Assembly: GCA_963698505.1 (NCBI GenBank)
Contig: CAVORC010000013.1
Coordinates: 3,378-67,377 of the forward strand
Source of the DNA: an uncultured Chloroflexia bacterium
GTDB lineage: Bacteria; Chloroflexota; Limnocylindria; Limnocylindrales; CSP1-4
Direction: 5' to 3'
Length of the DNA stretch: 64,000 nt
The notes beneath the pieces are model-generated. The model did no database searches, was not told the origin of the DNA, and was given only the letters and a program-made list of their open reading frames with translations. Of the stretch, positions 9,494 through 18,563 are shown piece after piece. A program made the position numbers and the translations under genes. How positions within the stretch are numbered: the stretch's first letter is position 1; every line of letters begins with the position of its first letter.

Positions 9494-10789
9494 CTACGAG
9501 GTGGCGTCCACCAGCAGCACGACCTGGAAGCTGCCGTCGGCCGGCGAGCCGATGGCATAGGCGCTGTAGTTGGTGCCGTTCTCCAACTGGAGGGCGGGCA
9601 GGTCGGCGATGACGGTCTTCGTGCCCGGCTCCCGCACGTCGAGGTCATACTCGCCGCTCTTGAGGGCGAGGTAGTCCGACACGGCGCCGTAGGCGACGTC
9701 CTTGAGCAGGGCGTCCTTGGCCTTGGAGCCATCGGGCGCCACGTCGACGTTGGGAGCATCGGCGCTGAGGTGGCCGATCCGGACCTGGGCCCGCTTGGCC
9801 TTGGTGTCGAGATCGTCGGCGACGACGGTGGCCTCGATGTTCTCCAGGCTGTTGCTGGCGATGACCGTCGTCTGCGTGTCGCCCTCGAAGGGCAGCGTGG
9901 CATCGATGACCACGGGACTGTCCTCGAGTGAGCCACCGGAGGGGATGATCTGGACCTGGTTCTCGCCCACGGGGACCGTGAGCACGATGGAGGCCTGGCC
10001 GAACGGCAGGTTGCCGAACACCCGGACGCCGTTGAGGACGACGTCGACCGGCGGTGCGTCGGGCGACGCGTGCAGGACACGCAGCTTGGCCGTGGTCGGG
10101 ATCGACGCGTCGAGCGCCGGGACCACGGTGAAGGTGCCGGCATCCAGGCTGCCGACGGCGAAGGCGCTCGAGCTGGTGCCAGGCGCGAGGTCGAGGGGCG
10201 GCAGCGTGACAACCGCATCGGGGCTACCCGCAGCGCGGACCTCCAACGTGTAGCTGCCCGGGGGCAGGTCAGCGTAGCCCGAGTCGTCGGGGTAGGCCAG
10301 GTCCGTGATGAGCGGATCTCCGCCGACCGGCGCGATATCGACGGCCGGGGCGTCGTAGGCGAAGTGCACGACGCGGGCCTGGGCGTTCTCCACGCTGGGG
10401 CTGGGGTCATCGAGCAGCACCTGCGGGATGATGCCCTCGGCGAGGCTGCCGGTGGCGGCTACGGTGGTCGCGGTCCCGCCGTCGAAGGCGAGCGTGGCGT
10501 CGATGACGACCGGTCCCTCCTTGAGCGTGGCGCCGGCCGGCACGACCCGGATGCGGTACTCGCCGCCGGGAACCTCCAGGTACGGCGTGATGGAGGCGAA
10601 CTCGAGGCCTTCGACGACGCGGTCCTTGCCGGCGTAGACATCGACGGCCGGCGCATCGCCGGACCCGTGCAGGACACGCACCTGGGCGGTGTCATCCTGG
10701 GCCGCAGTGGCGACGGGCAGTGCCGTCAGCGCCAGCAGGGCTGCCGCCGACGCGAGCACGGCCGCCCGGCGGATGGTGGGGATGGACAT
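9494..10789 (-). CDS. secreted protein with four DUF4397 repeats
   Basis: Signal peptide MSIPTIRRAAVLASAAALLALTALPVATAAQ. Four units of about 100 aa start at VRVLHGSGDAPAVDVY, ARVVHFAYDAPAVDI, LRVLHASPDAPPVDVV and VRIGHLSADAPNVDV. Confidence 0.8.
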   Translation of the reverse strand: MSIPTIRRAAVLASAAALLALTALPVATAAQDDTAQVRVLHGSGDAPAVDVYAGKDRVVEGLEFASITPYLEVPGGEYRIRVVPAGATLKEGPVVIDATLAFDGGTATTVAATGSLAEGIIPQVLLDDPSPSVENAQARVVHFAYDAPAVDIAPVGGDPLITDLAYPDDSGYADLPPGSYTLEVRAAGSPDAVVTLPPLDLAPGTSSSAFAVGSLDAGTFTVVPALDASIPTTAKLRVLHASPDAPPVDVVLNGVRVFGNLPFGQASIVLTVPVGENQVQIIPSGGSLEDSPVVIDATLPFEGDTQTTVIASNSLENIEATVVADDLDTKAKRAQVRIGHLSADAPNVDVAPDGSKAKDALLKDVAYGAVSDYLALKSGEYDLDVREPGTKTVIADLPALQLENGTNYSAYAIGSPADGSFQVVLLVDATS

Positions 10790-10921
10790 CTGGACCTCCT
10801 CTACGAATGCCCTCGCTGGACGCGCGGGATACTTGCCCGCGCGGCTCGATGCTCACCGCGACCGTCGCGCTGTCCAGCGTCTGTGTGGCCTCAGCATGCT
10901 ACATCGACGGTGCGTCCTTGC

Positions 10922-13060
10922 CTACGGGAACAACGGATCCTGCCAGCCGGGGCGGTCGGGTTCCTCGCCCGCCCGCAACATGGCCCACCATTGCTCGTCG
11001 GTCAGCCGCTCGGACGTCGGTCGACGGAACTCGTAGAACGAGTAGACGCCGCCACTGGCGACGTGGAACTCGCCGGCGTCATCCGGGACGAGCACGAAGA
11101 TGCGGTCGATGCGCCCGGTGCCGACCTCCAGGACCTCGTCGGTTCCCTTGAGCAGGTCGACCCCGCGCCCGATGTCGGCGATGACCGCGGCGTCGTCGTC
11201 GCGGATCGGTCGGTTGGTGTCCAGGCGGTCGCCGGTGCGCCACCAGAAGCCCTCGAGCGGGCCCCCGATCGATCGCAGCCACTCGTTGTCGGTCTCCCAG
11301 AACCCGGGGTCGCCCTGGTTGGCGATGGCCTCGATGGGCGCGCCCGCCAGCTCGTCGGCTGCGATCCGCCCCAGCCGGTCGACGAACTCGATGTAGTCGT
11401 CCAGCAGGCGACGGATGTCCTTCGGCAGCAGGTCGCGCGCAGCCAGTCCCTCGCGGGTCAGCCTGGCCATGGCAGCCAGCCGCCCGAAGGCCACCGGATC
11501 AGGCTCCACCCAGTTGCGCACCTTGGGCAGCTCCGGCTCGACGGAGCCCATCTCGCCCACGAACTGCTTGGTGTAGAGGATGGTGTCGTGGCGCAGCTCG
11601 GCATGCGAGCCGAAGCCTGTCTGGTGGGCCTTCGCATCCCAGGCTCCGGTCTGCATGAAGTCGGGGAAGGCCTCGCCGTGCGGCAGCCACATCGGCTCTA
11701 GCGCGGCCAGCCAGGCGTCGTAGACCGTGGCGCCCCAGGCCTCGTCGGGACGGGCGGCCACCGTCTCACGCATGGCGGCCATCTGCTCGGTGTAGTGCAG
11801 GTAGGCGGTCTCGCCGGCCTCGTCCTGGATGCCCATGGCGAAGTCGGAGCCGAAGGCAGCGGCGAGGTCCAGCACGGACGGCAGCACCCGCAGGTCGGGC
11901 GGCTCGCTCACCCAGGGTGCGATGAGCTGGTCAAGGATCCACGAGTCGAGCACGAAGCGCGTGCCCATCAGCCGCACCGACGGCCGCTCCTCGTCGATCA
12001 GCACCGGGCGCATGGCCCTGAGCTCGTCGGCGACGGCGAAGAGGGTCTCGTCGTCGAGATCGGGTGGAGCACCGGCCACGCCCGACTCGCGGGGCCGCAC
12101 GGCCTGGTAGGCGGCCATGAGCTCGAAGGGGGTGTAGTCGTCCGCGACGCCCACGAGGAAGGCGGTGGGCTCGAAGACCTGTCGCCAGAGGCTCTCCAGC
12201 TTCTCGTCACCGACGAGCAGCCGTGACGCCAGCACGGCGAGGCGCAGGTTGTCAACGTCCTGCACGACCGTGGCGTCGGTCTGCACCGAGCCGGGTAGGC
12301 GGAACGCATGCTGGCCCAGCACCGACATGGCCACGAAGTAACGTGTCAGCGCCTTGCTGCGCGTGTAGTGGCCGCGCGGCGCGAAGAGCGAGTAGTCGGT
12401 CTCCGTGCCCAGGATGGGGGACGTGGCCGAAGGTGCGTCGTGGGCGTCGATGAGCGCCTTCTCCGCACGTGCCCGCTGGCTCAGCTTGCCCGGTCTGGCA
12501 CCGAGCTCCGCGGCAGCCACCGCCAGCAGATCGACCACCCGCGAGGCATCGTCCTCGAGGGCTGTGCCAACGAGGGAGTCCTGCTGTGCCCGGGCGCTGG
12601 CGAGCATGCCGCGCAGCAGCTCGCGCAGGGCAGGCGAGAGCCGCCTCGTCTCCAGGTCGCGCAGCGTCTTGTCGAAGACCTCGTGCCAGGCGTTGTAGGC
12701 GGCGTCGGTGGTGACGAAGACCGGTGTGCCCGAGTAGTACTGCTCGTCATAGGCGTGGTGGAAGAGGCGGAACTGCTCGGGCACGATGACGAACCCCTGC
12801 TGTGCCAGCTTGGCTCGCGCCTCGGGGGTCAGGAGCTCGTCGACCTGGTCGGTCATGCTCACGTCGGCGAGCGAGGTCGGCGTGGCGGGGCCGGCGTACG
12901 GCGGGCTATCGCCGAGCAGCGGAACGAGCTCGTAGCTGCCGAACGCGCTGCCGGGCGAGGGCAGGGCCGGCTCGCTCGGGCTCGACTCGGCTGCCATGGC
13001 CGGGCTGGTGGCGACTGCCAGGCCCAGCAGGCCTGACAGCATGATGGCGACGCGTCTCAC
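10922..13060 (-). CDS. secreted DUF3160-like protein
   Basis: Track ORF 10922..13249 trimmed to the GTG at 13060 (SD AAGGAG 7 nt upstream; the GTG overlaps the upstream stop as GTGA). Signal peptide MLSGLLGLAVATSPAMA. FRLFHHAYDEQYYSGTPVFVTTDAAYNAWHEVFD resembles DUF3160. Confidence 0.6.
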   Translation of the reverse strand: MRRVAIMLSGLLGLAVATSPAMAAESSPSEPALPSPGSAFGSYELVPLLGDSPPYAGPATPTSLADVSMTDQVDELLTPEARAKLAQQGFVIVPEQFRLFHHAYDEQYYSGTPVFVTTDAAYNAWHEVFDKTLRDLETRRLSPALRELLRGMLASARAQQDSLVGTALEDDASRVVDLLAVAAAELGARPGKLSQRARAEKALIDAHDAPSATSPILGTETDYSLFAPRGHYTRSKALTRYFVAMSVLGQHAFRLPGSVQTDATVVQDVDNLRLAVLASRLLVGDEKLESLWRQVFEPTAFLVGVADDYTPFELMAAYQAVRPRESGVAGAPPDLDDETLFAVADELRAMRPVLIDEERPSVRLMGTRFVLDSWILDQLIAPWVSEPPDLRVLPSVLDLAAAFGSDFAMGIQDEAGETAYLHYTEQMAAMRETVAARPDEAWGATVYDAWLAALEPMWLPHGEAFPDFMQTGAWDAKAHQTGFGSHAELRHDTILYTKQFVGEMGSVEPELPKVRNWVEPDPVAFGRLAAMARLTREGLAARDLLPKDIRRLLDDYIEFVDRLGRIAADELAGAPIEAIANQGDPGFWETDNEWLRSIGGPLEGFWWRTGDRLDTNRPIRDDDAAVIADIGRGVDLLKGTDEVLEVGTGRIDRIFVLVPDDAGEFHVASGGVYSFYEFRRPTSERLTDEQWWAMLRAGEEPDRPGWQDPLFP

Positions 13061-13782
13061 GCTCCGCTCCTTTCGACGATGGCCGGCTCGCTGAGGCCGT
13101 CGCCATCGAGATCGACACAGATGGGGGTGCCGTGCCCCGGAAGTGGTTGCGTGGGCAGGAAGCCGAAGACGACCCACCGCCAGGCCCCCGTCTCGGTGAC
13201 GCCCGGCCGCCGCATGTGGCCGTAGGCGACCGCCAGTGCCCCGTCGCAAGCAGCCAGCTCGACGACCGGGCTCACGAGCGTGCCGGCGATCCAGAGAGGG
13301 GCCAGGTCGCCGGGACGATAGAGACCCAGGTGGGCACTGTGGCCATCGTGGTCGACCCAGGCGCGGCGCGGTCGGGTCAGGTTGATGAGGGTGCGGCGGA
13401 ACGGTCGCCGGAAGGAGACCACGAGGTCGGTCTCGCCATCGGCGGTCACATCACCCAGGCCGATCGCGCTCAGGCGGTCGGGCATTCGCCGCGTCGCGCC
13501 CGGAGCGATGTCTGCGCGCACCCGCGCCAGGGTGGCCGGGTCAGGCTGGGGTGGCTGGACAGTGAGCACGGCCAGGGGCCGCAGGGGGCTCCACCAGGCC
13601 TCGTCGAGGAGGACGGCGTCTCCGGTGGGAAGCTGCCACTCGCCGTCTGGCCCGCGGGTCCGGGTGGCGTAGGGGCCCAGGTCGTCGACCAGGGTCTCCG
13701 ACGTCGGCTCGACCGGAGCCGGCGCCGCCAGCAGGCAGGCGACGAGGAGGGACAGGAGCGGGACGCCATGCGGCAGCGCCAT
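13057..13782 (-). CDS. secreted hypothetical protein with FG-GAP/VCBS-like Asp-Gly motifs
   Basis: Signal peptide MALPHGVPLLSLLVACLLAAPAP. Motifs GDVTADGETDLVV and VDLDGDGLSEP. Translationally coupled to the DUF3160 gene. Confidence 0.55.
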   Translation of the reverse strand: MALPHGVPLLSLLVACLLAAPAPVEPTSETLVDDLGPYATRTRGPDGEWQLPTGDAVLLDEAWWSPLRPLAVLTVQPPQPDPATLARVRADIAPGATRRMPDRLSAIGLGDVTADGETDLVVSFRRPFRRTLINLTRPRRAWVDHDGHSAHLGLYRPGDLAPLWIAGTLVSPVVELAACDGALAVAYGHMRRPGVTETGAWRWVVFGFLPTQPLPGHGTPICVDLDGDGLSEPAIVERSGA

Positions 13783-14013
13783 CGTGTGATGACGGTACGC
13801 GCGTGCGGCGTGGACCGCAAGATGTGGTCTTGGCAGCTGGATGGGGACGCCGGGTAGGCGCAGGACGGATGCCGGGGAGGTGCAGGTGGTGACGGTGGTG
13901 ACCGGTCGAGCTCACCATCAGGCCACGCGAGTGAGAGCATGGGAATCGGAAACTGCGCCGGCGCCCGGCCCGCGGGACGAGGTCCCCCGGTGATGCGCCG
14001 CAGGGAGGACGAC

Positions 14014-15096
14014 ATGCCCGACGACGGCTCGATGACATCAAGAGAGCGCGTGCTGACCACGTTCGCCTTCGAGGAGCCTGATCATGTGCCGGCATGGCTG
14101 GGGGCGGCGCCCGAGACCAGGCAGCTGCTGGTCGAGCACCTGGGGTTACACGATGACGAGGCGCTGTCGGTGTACCTGGGCGATGACTTCCGGCGCGTGT
14201 ACGCGACCTATGCCGGTCCGCCTGAGTTCGGACCGGAGGCCGACCTTGCCCCGGGTTCGACGTATCGGACGCCGTTCGGCGTCGAGCGCCACGGCTACGG
14301 CTACGGCATGCCGCGCGAGCACCCGCTGGCGGGGGGCACGCTGAGGGATGTCCACGCCTACCCCTGGCCGGATCCGGCGTGGATGAGCGTGTCCGAGATC
14401 AGGGCGGAGATCGCCCGCTGGCACGGGGAGTACGCCATCCTGGGGGGCGACTGGTCCCCGTTCTGGCACGACGCCTTCGACCTGCTCGACATGGAGAACC
14501 TCATCGTCAAGACGTACGAGGAGCCGGAGCTGGTCGATGCCCTGCTGGGCCACATCGTCGACTATTACGCCGGGGTGAGCGAGCGCATCTTCGATGCCGC
14601 CGGCGACCTGATGGACATCTTCTTCATCGGCAACGACTTCGGCGGCATGGACGGCCCGCTGATGGGTGAAGCGATGTTCCGGCGCTTCTACCTGCCGCAC
14701 CTCAAGCGCCTCGTCGACCTCGGCCATGACTACGGGCTGAAGGTGATGATGCACTGCTGCGGCGGCTTCGTGCCCCTCATCCCGGCCATGATCGAGATCG
14801 GGCTGGACGGGCTGCAGGCGCTCCAGCCCTCGGCCAGGGGCAACGACCCGCGCGAGCTCAAGGCCGCCTTTGGCGACAGGATCGTGCTCAACGGCGGCAT
14901 CGACACCCAGTTCGTCCTCATCCAGGGCACCCCCGACCTGGTGCGGTCGAAGACGCGTGAGGTCCTCGACATCATGATGCCGGGAGGAGGCTATGTGGCA
15001 TCCCCCAGCCATGACTACGTCCTGCCGGAGACGCCGCTGGAGAACATCGTCGCGCTGTACGAGACCGTGCGCGAGTACGGGCGGTACGCGGGATAG
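14014..15096 (+). CDS. uroporphyrinogen decarboxylase (URO-D) family protein
   Basis: ATG at 14014 preceded by GGAGG. MPDDGSMTSRERVLTTFAFEEPDHVPAW... shows the typical URO-D / methyltransferase-like N-terminus and length (360 aa). Confidence 0.75.
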   Translation: MPDDGSMTSRERVLTTFAFEEPDHVPAWLGAAPETRQLLVEHLGLHDDEALSVYLGDDFRRVYATYAGPPEFGPEADLAPGSTYRTPFGVERHGYGYGMPREHPLAGGTLRDVHAYPWPDPAWMSVSEIRAEIARWHGEYAILGGDWSPFWHDAFDLLDMENLIVKTYEEPELVDALLGHIVDYYAGVSERIFDAAGDLMDIFFIGNDFGGMDGPLMGEAMFRRFYLPHLKRLVDLGHDYGLKVMMHCCGGFVPLIPAMIEIGLDGLQALQPSARGNDPRELKAAFGDRIVLNGGIDTQFVLIQGTPDLVRSKTREVLDIMMPGGGYVASPSHDYVLPETPLENIVALYETVREYGRYAG

Positions 15097-15111
15097 GCCG
15101 TATCTGCGGCG

Positions 15112-16215
15112 CTAGGCGTCCGAGGTCCCGGATGGCGGCTGTGCTTCCCTGACCACGAACTGGCCATCACCGCGGTGCTGGGCAGACCAGTCGGCGGCGG
15201 CCCTGGCGATGGCCTGCAGCGGCTCCTGCTTGGTCAGCAGCGGCACCGAGCCTTCCGGTGCAAGGCCGTCCACGCCCGCGTCCAGGAGCTCCCAGCAGGC
15301 CTGGTAGACGTCGTCGGCGGTGCCCTTGTACAGCAGCGTCGGGTTGTTGAGGTTGCCGAAGAGGGCCATCCGCTCTCCGGCGGCGGCCCGCGCCTCGCGT
15401 GCGTCGACCTGCGATTCGAAGTGGAAGCAATCCCAGCCGGCGTTGGCGAAGAGATGCACCCGGTCGATGGTCTTGCCACAGCAATGGAAGATCCCCGGCC
15501 CGCCGATCTCCTGGCTGATACGTTGGTGCATCTCCAGCAGGAAGTCGCGGTACGTCTCTGCGCTACACAGGTCGCCGGTGGTGTGGTCGGCCCACATCAC
15601 GGCGTCGGCACCGGCCTCGAACTGGGCGTGGGCGGAGCGGATGCAGGCCGGCAGGAACGCGTCCAGGTAGCGGCGCACCTTGTCGGGATCCAGGATCGTG
15701 TCCATGAGGAACGATTCGATACCGACCATCTGGTAGGCCACCGACCAGGGGCCATAGACCTTGCCCACGATGGCGACATCGGGGAAGCGCCGGCGGAGGA
15801 GGCGCATGGCCCCCGTGACCGCCCTGATCGTGGGTCGCTCGTCGAAGTCGTCGGGCACCCTGACCTGGTCGGGCTCGGTGATCGCGAACCTCGATGGCGA
15901 GGGCCAGTTGTCCTTCCCGGCCCAGTCGGTGGCGCCGCCCAGCGCATCGGACTCGAGCTGCGAGTGCCACACCGGCATGATCGTGTCCATGCCCAGGACC
16001 TCGTGGGAGGTGGCGGCGAGGCGCGCCATCATCTCGGCGTCGAGGTGCGCCTCCGGAAATGGGGCGTCGACGAGGTCCATGAGCTCCACGGTCGCGACAG
16101 AGCTCAGGGTGCAGGCGGGCACCTTGTCCACCCGACCGCGGAACAACGCCGACAGGAACCGTCGGCGGGGGGTCATCCATTCCCCCGTCAGCGTGCTGGT
16201 GACCTCGACCGTCAT
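15112..16215 (-). CDS. URO-D family protein, MtaA/CmuA-like methyltransferase type
   Basis: ATG at 16215. RRRFLSALFRGRVDKVP...IVGKVYGPWSVAYQMVGIESFLMD...GIFHCCG resembles methylcobamide:CoM methyltransferase-like URO-D proteins. Confidence 0.75.
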   Translation of the reverse strand: MTVEVTSTLTGEWMTPRRRFLSALFRGRVDKVPACTLSSVATVELMDLVDAPFPEAHLDAEMMARLAATSHEVLGMDTIMPVWHSQLESDALGGATDWAGKDNWPSPSRFAITEPDQVRVPDDFDERPTIRAVTGAMRLLRRRFPDVAIVGKVYGPWSVAYQMVGIESFLMDTILDPDKVRRYLDAFLPACIRSAHAQFEAGADAVMWADHTTGDLCSAETYRDFLLEMHQRISQEIGGPGIFHCCGKTIDRVHLFANAGWDCFHFESQVDAREARAAAGERMALFGNLNNPTLLYKGTADDVYQACWELLDAGVDGLAPEGSVPLLTKQEPLQAIARAAADWSAQHRGDGQFVVREAQPPSGTSDA

Positions 16216-16428
16216 GGCAGGACGTGGACCTCGTGGGGTTGTCGTGGGGCAGACTCTACTCCCCGCTGCGCACCCGGGCCCCGCACCTACCGGAGGCAGC
16301 ACCGCCCTCTGCCGGATCGCGCGGGTGCGCCGTCTCGGACCGAAGCGGGCGTCAGCGGTATCGTTGCCCGGCCGATCGAAGTGTCTTGAGGTCCCCGTGT
16401 CCGAACGTTCTCCGATGACTGACCTGCC

Positions 16429-17112
16429 ATGCGCATGAGCCGTGCCGTCCGCGGCGCATCCGTGATCGTGGCCCTGGGCGCCCTGACGCTGGCCTCCGCC
16501 TCCGTCAGCGCCGTCGCCGAGCCGTCGACCGAACCGCCATCTCCCACGTCCGAGGCGGCCGAGACAGCGGGCCCGGAGTCGACCCAGCCTTCCGCGAGCG
16601 ACGCGCCGGAGTGCCGGCGACTCACGGACTTCACCGCCGACGACACCGGGGCGTGGTTCGTGCTGAACGACGGCGTCATGGGTGGCCGCTCCGACGGGGG
16701 TGGCTTCATCGATGGTTCGCGGCTGCGGTTCGAGGGCAGCCTCGTGACTGCTGGCGGCGGGTTCACCAGTGCCAGGCTTCGCCTGCAGGGCGACGAACTG
16801 GTCGACAGCACCCGCATCGAGATGCGGGTGCGTCCCGATGGACGGACGTACGGCGTCACGCTGGAGGATGCCGCCGCCTTCGGTGGGCGCCTGGTGTCAC
16901 ACCGGGCCGATCTCGACATCGGTCCTGTCGACAGCGACGGCTGGGCCATCGCCACCGTGGGCTACGATCAGCTCGTACCCTCGGTGTTCGGGCAGCTCGT
17001 CGACGCGCCACCGTTCGATCCCGCGACGGCTCGCGAGTTCGGCATCATCATCGCCGATGGCATCGACGGCGCGTTCGCCCTCGACATCGACTGGATCGAC
17101 GCCTGTCCGTGA
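16429..17112 (+). CDS. secreted CIA30 (complex I intermediate-associated protein 30) domain protein
   Basis: Signal peptide followed by WFVLNDGVMGGRSDG..FEGSLVTAGGGFTSARL, the CIA30 hallmark. Confidence 0.75.
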   Translation: MRMSRAVRGASVIVALGALTLASASVSAVAEPSTEPPSPTSEAAETAGPESTQPSASDAPECRRLTDFTADDTGAWFVLNDGVMGGRSDGGGFIDGSRLRFEGSLVTAGGGFTSARLRLQGDELVDSTRIEMRVRPDGRTYGVTLEDAAAFGGRLVSHRADLDIGPVDSDGWAIATVGYDQLVPSVFGQLVDAPPFDPATAREFGIIIADGIDGAFALDIDWIDACP

Positions 17113-17170
17113 CTGGCGGTGGCCCGGGTGTTCCCCGGCGGCGGTACTGTTCTGATGGAGTCCGAAACAC

Positions 17171-17246
17171 GGGCCGGTAGCTCAGCGGTCAGAGCAGGGG
17201 ACTTTTAATCCTCGTGTCCTGGGTTCGAATCCCAGCCGGCTCACCA
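17171..17246 (+). tRNA. tRNA-Lys (anticodon UUU), CCA encoded
   Basis: GGGCCGGTAGCTCAGCGGTCAGAGCAGGGGACTTTTAATCCTCGTGTCCTGGGTTCGAATCCCAGCCGGCTCACCA. Folds as a cloverleaf by hand, with anticodon loop CTTTTAA. Confidence 0.9.
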
Positions 17247-17522
17247 TTTTGTCTAGATATTGACGCTCGGATGCAGCCTTATCTCTCGCTGGTGCGGCTG
17301 CTAGTCGCCCGCTGACAGCCGCATTGACAGCCACGGCGGGAACGTGGTGGACGAGGTGCGAGGTCGTGCACTTTGATGTGTATCACGGCCCGGTAGCGAC
17401 ACCCCACGCCATCTCGCCTGGAAGCCCGTGGTGAAGGGGGCTGGCGACAGCCTCGATGGTGGGAGGCGCGGTGCCGTCGGCCGCGAGCGCAGGCCGCCTG
17501 GTGGGCTGCCCGACTGGAACGC

Positions 17523-18491
17523 TCAGTCGATGACGATGACGACCTTGCCCCGGATCTCGCCGGCGGCCAGCCGCCGGAAGGCCTCCGGCGCGTCGGCCAG
17601 CGGATACGTTCGCTCGATGACCGGCGTTATGTGTCCCTTGCGGATCGACTCGATGAGCGCGCTCATGATCCCGGGGTCGTTCGATCGCCAGGCGACGACG
17701 CCGAGGCGCTGGTCGCTGATGCGTGCGACGAGCCGACCGAGCACGACGGTCTCCATGATGCGGGTGAGCATCCCGCCGACGATGGCATAGCGACCACCCG
17801 GGCGGAGGGCGCGTCGCACCGCACGGACGGACCGGCGCGCCTGGACGTCGACGATCCGGTCGTAGCGCTCGCCGGTCCGGGAGTAGTCCTGGGACTCGAA
17901 GTCGACGTAATGCGCGGCGCCCAGGGAGCGGACGAGGTCCTCCTTGGCGGCGCGGTCGACGCCGGTCACCTCGGCACCCGCGGCGGCCGCGAGCTGGACG
18001 GCGAACGTGCCCACGCCACCGCCGGCTCCGCTGATGAGCACCCGGTCACCGGGCGCGACCCCACGCTCGTCGTGGAGGCTCTGCCACGCCAGCGCACCGG
18101 CCTGTGGCAGCGTCGCCACCTGCTCGAAGGTGAGGTCGGCCGGCTTGATCGTGAGCGATGATGCCGGGGCGGCCACGAACTGCGCGATAGCACCGAATCC
18201 ACTCGTGAAGAGATCGCCGAAGACCTCGTCGCCGGGGGTGAGGCCGGCGACGCCCGGCCCGACCTCGACGACGACACCGGCCACATCGGACCCGGGGATG
18301 CGGTGTGGCGGCCGCCGTGGTCCGGCGATGCGCACGATCGTGTCACCGCGCAGGTATTCGAGGTCGGCGGCGTTGAGCGAGGCTGCGCGGACGCGCACAA
18401 GGACCTCGCCGTCATGGATCGCGGGCACCGGCACATCCGCCAGCTCGAGGACGTCAGCGCCGCCGTAGCGGTCCTGGATCAGCGCTCTCAT
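17523..18491 (-). CDS. MDR-superfamily NAD(P)H:quinone oxidoreductase / zinc-type alcohol dehydrogenase-like
   Basis: MRALIQDRYGGADVLELADVPVP..GEVLVRVRAASLN...ISGAGGGVGTFAVQLA. Confidence 0.85.
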   Translation of the reverse strand: MRALIQDRYGGADVLELADVPVPAIHDGEVLVRVRAASLNAADLEYLRGDTIVRIAGPRRPPHRIPGSDVAGVVVEVGPGVAGLTPGDEVFGDLFTSGFGAIAQFVAAPASSLTIKPADLTFEQVATLPQAGALAWQSLHDERGVAPGDRVLISGAGGGVGTFAVQLAAAAGAEVTGVDRAAKEDLVRSLGAAHYVDFESQDYSRTGERYDRIVDVQARRSVRAVRRALRPGGRYAIVGGMLTRIMETVVLGRLVARISDQRLGVVAWRSNDPGIMSALIESIRKGHITPVIERTYPLADAPEAFRRLAAGEIRGKVVIVID

Positions 18492-18563
18492 CGGGATGCC
18501 TGCCTCGCGATCATGGGCGTGGGTCAGGGTCCCTCCCTCGATTCCGGGTCCAGACGAGCCGGC

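Noticed and set aside
17171-17246. tRNA-Lys as the att site of the 20-30 kb accessory region.
   Set aside because: I found no direct repeat of the tRNA 3-prime end in the window. The integrase remnants are 3 kb away, and the visible disruption is in tetR. It is kept only as a low-interest lead.
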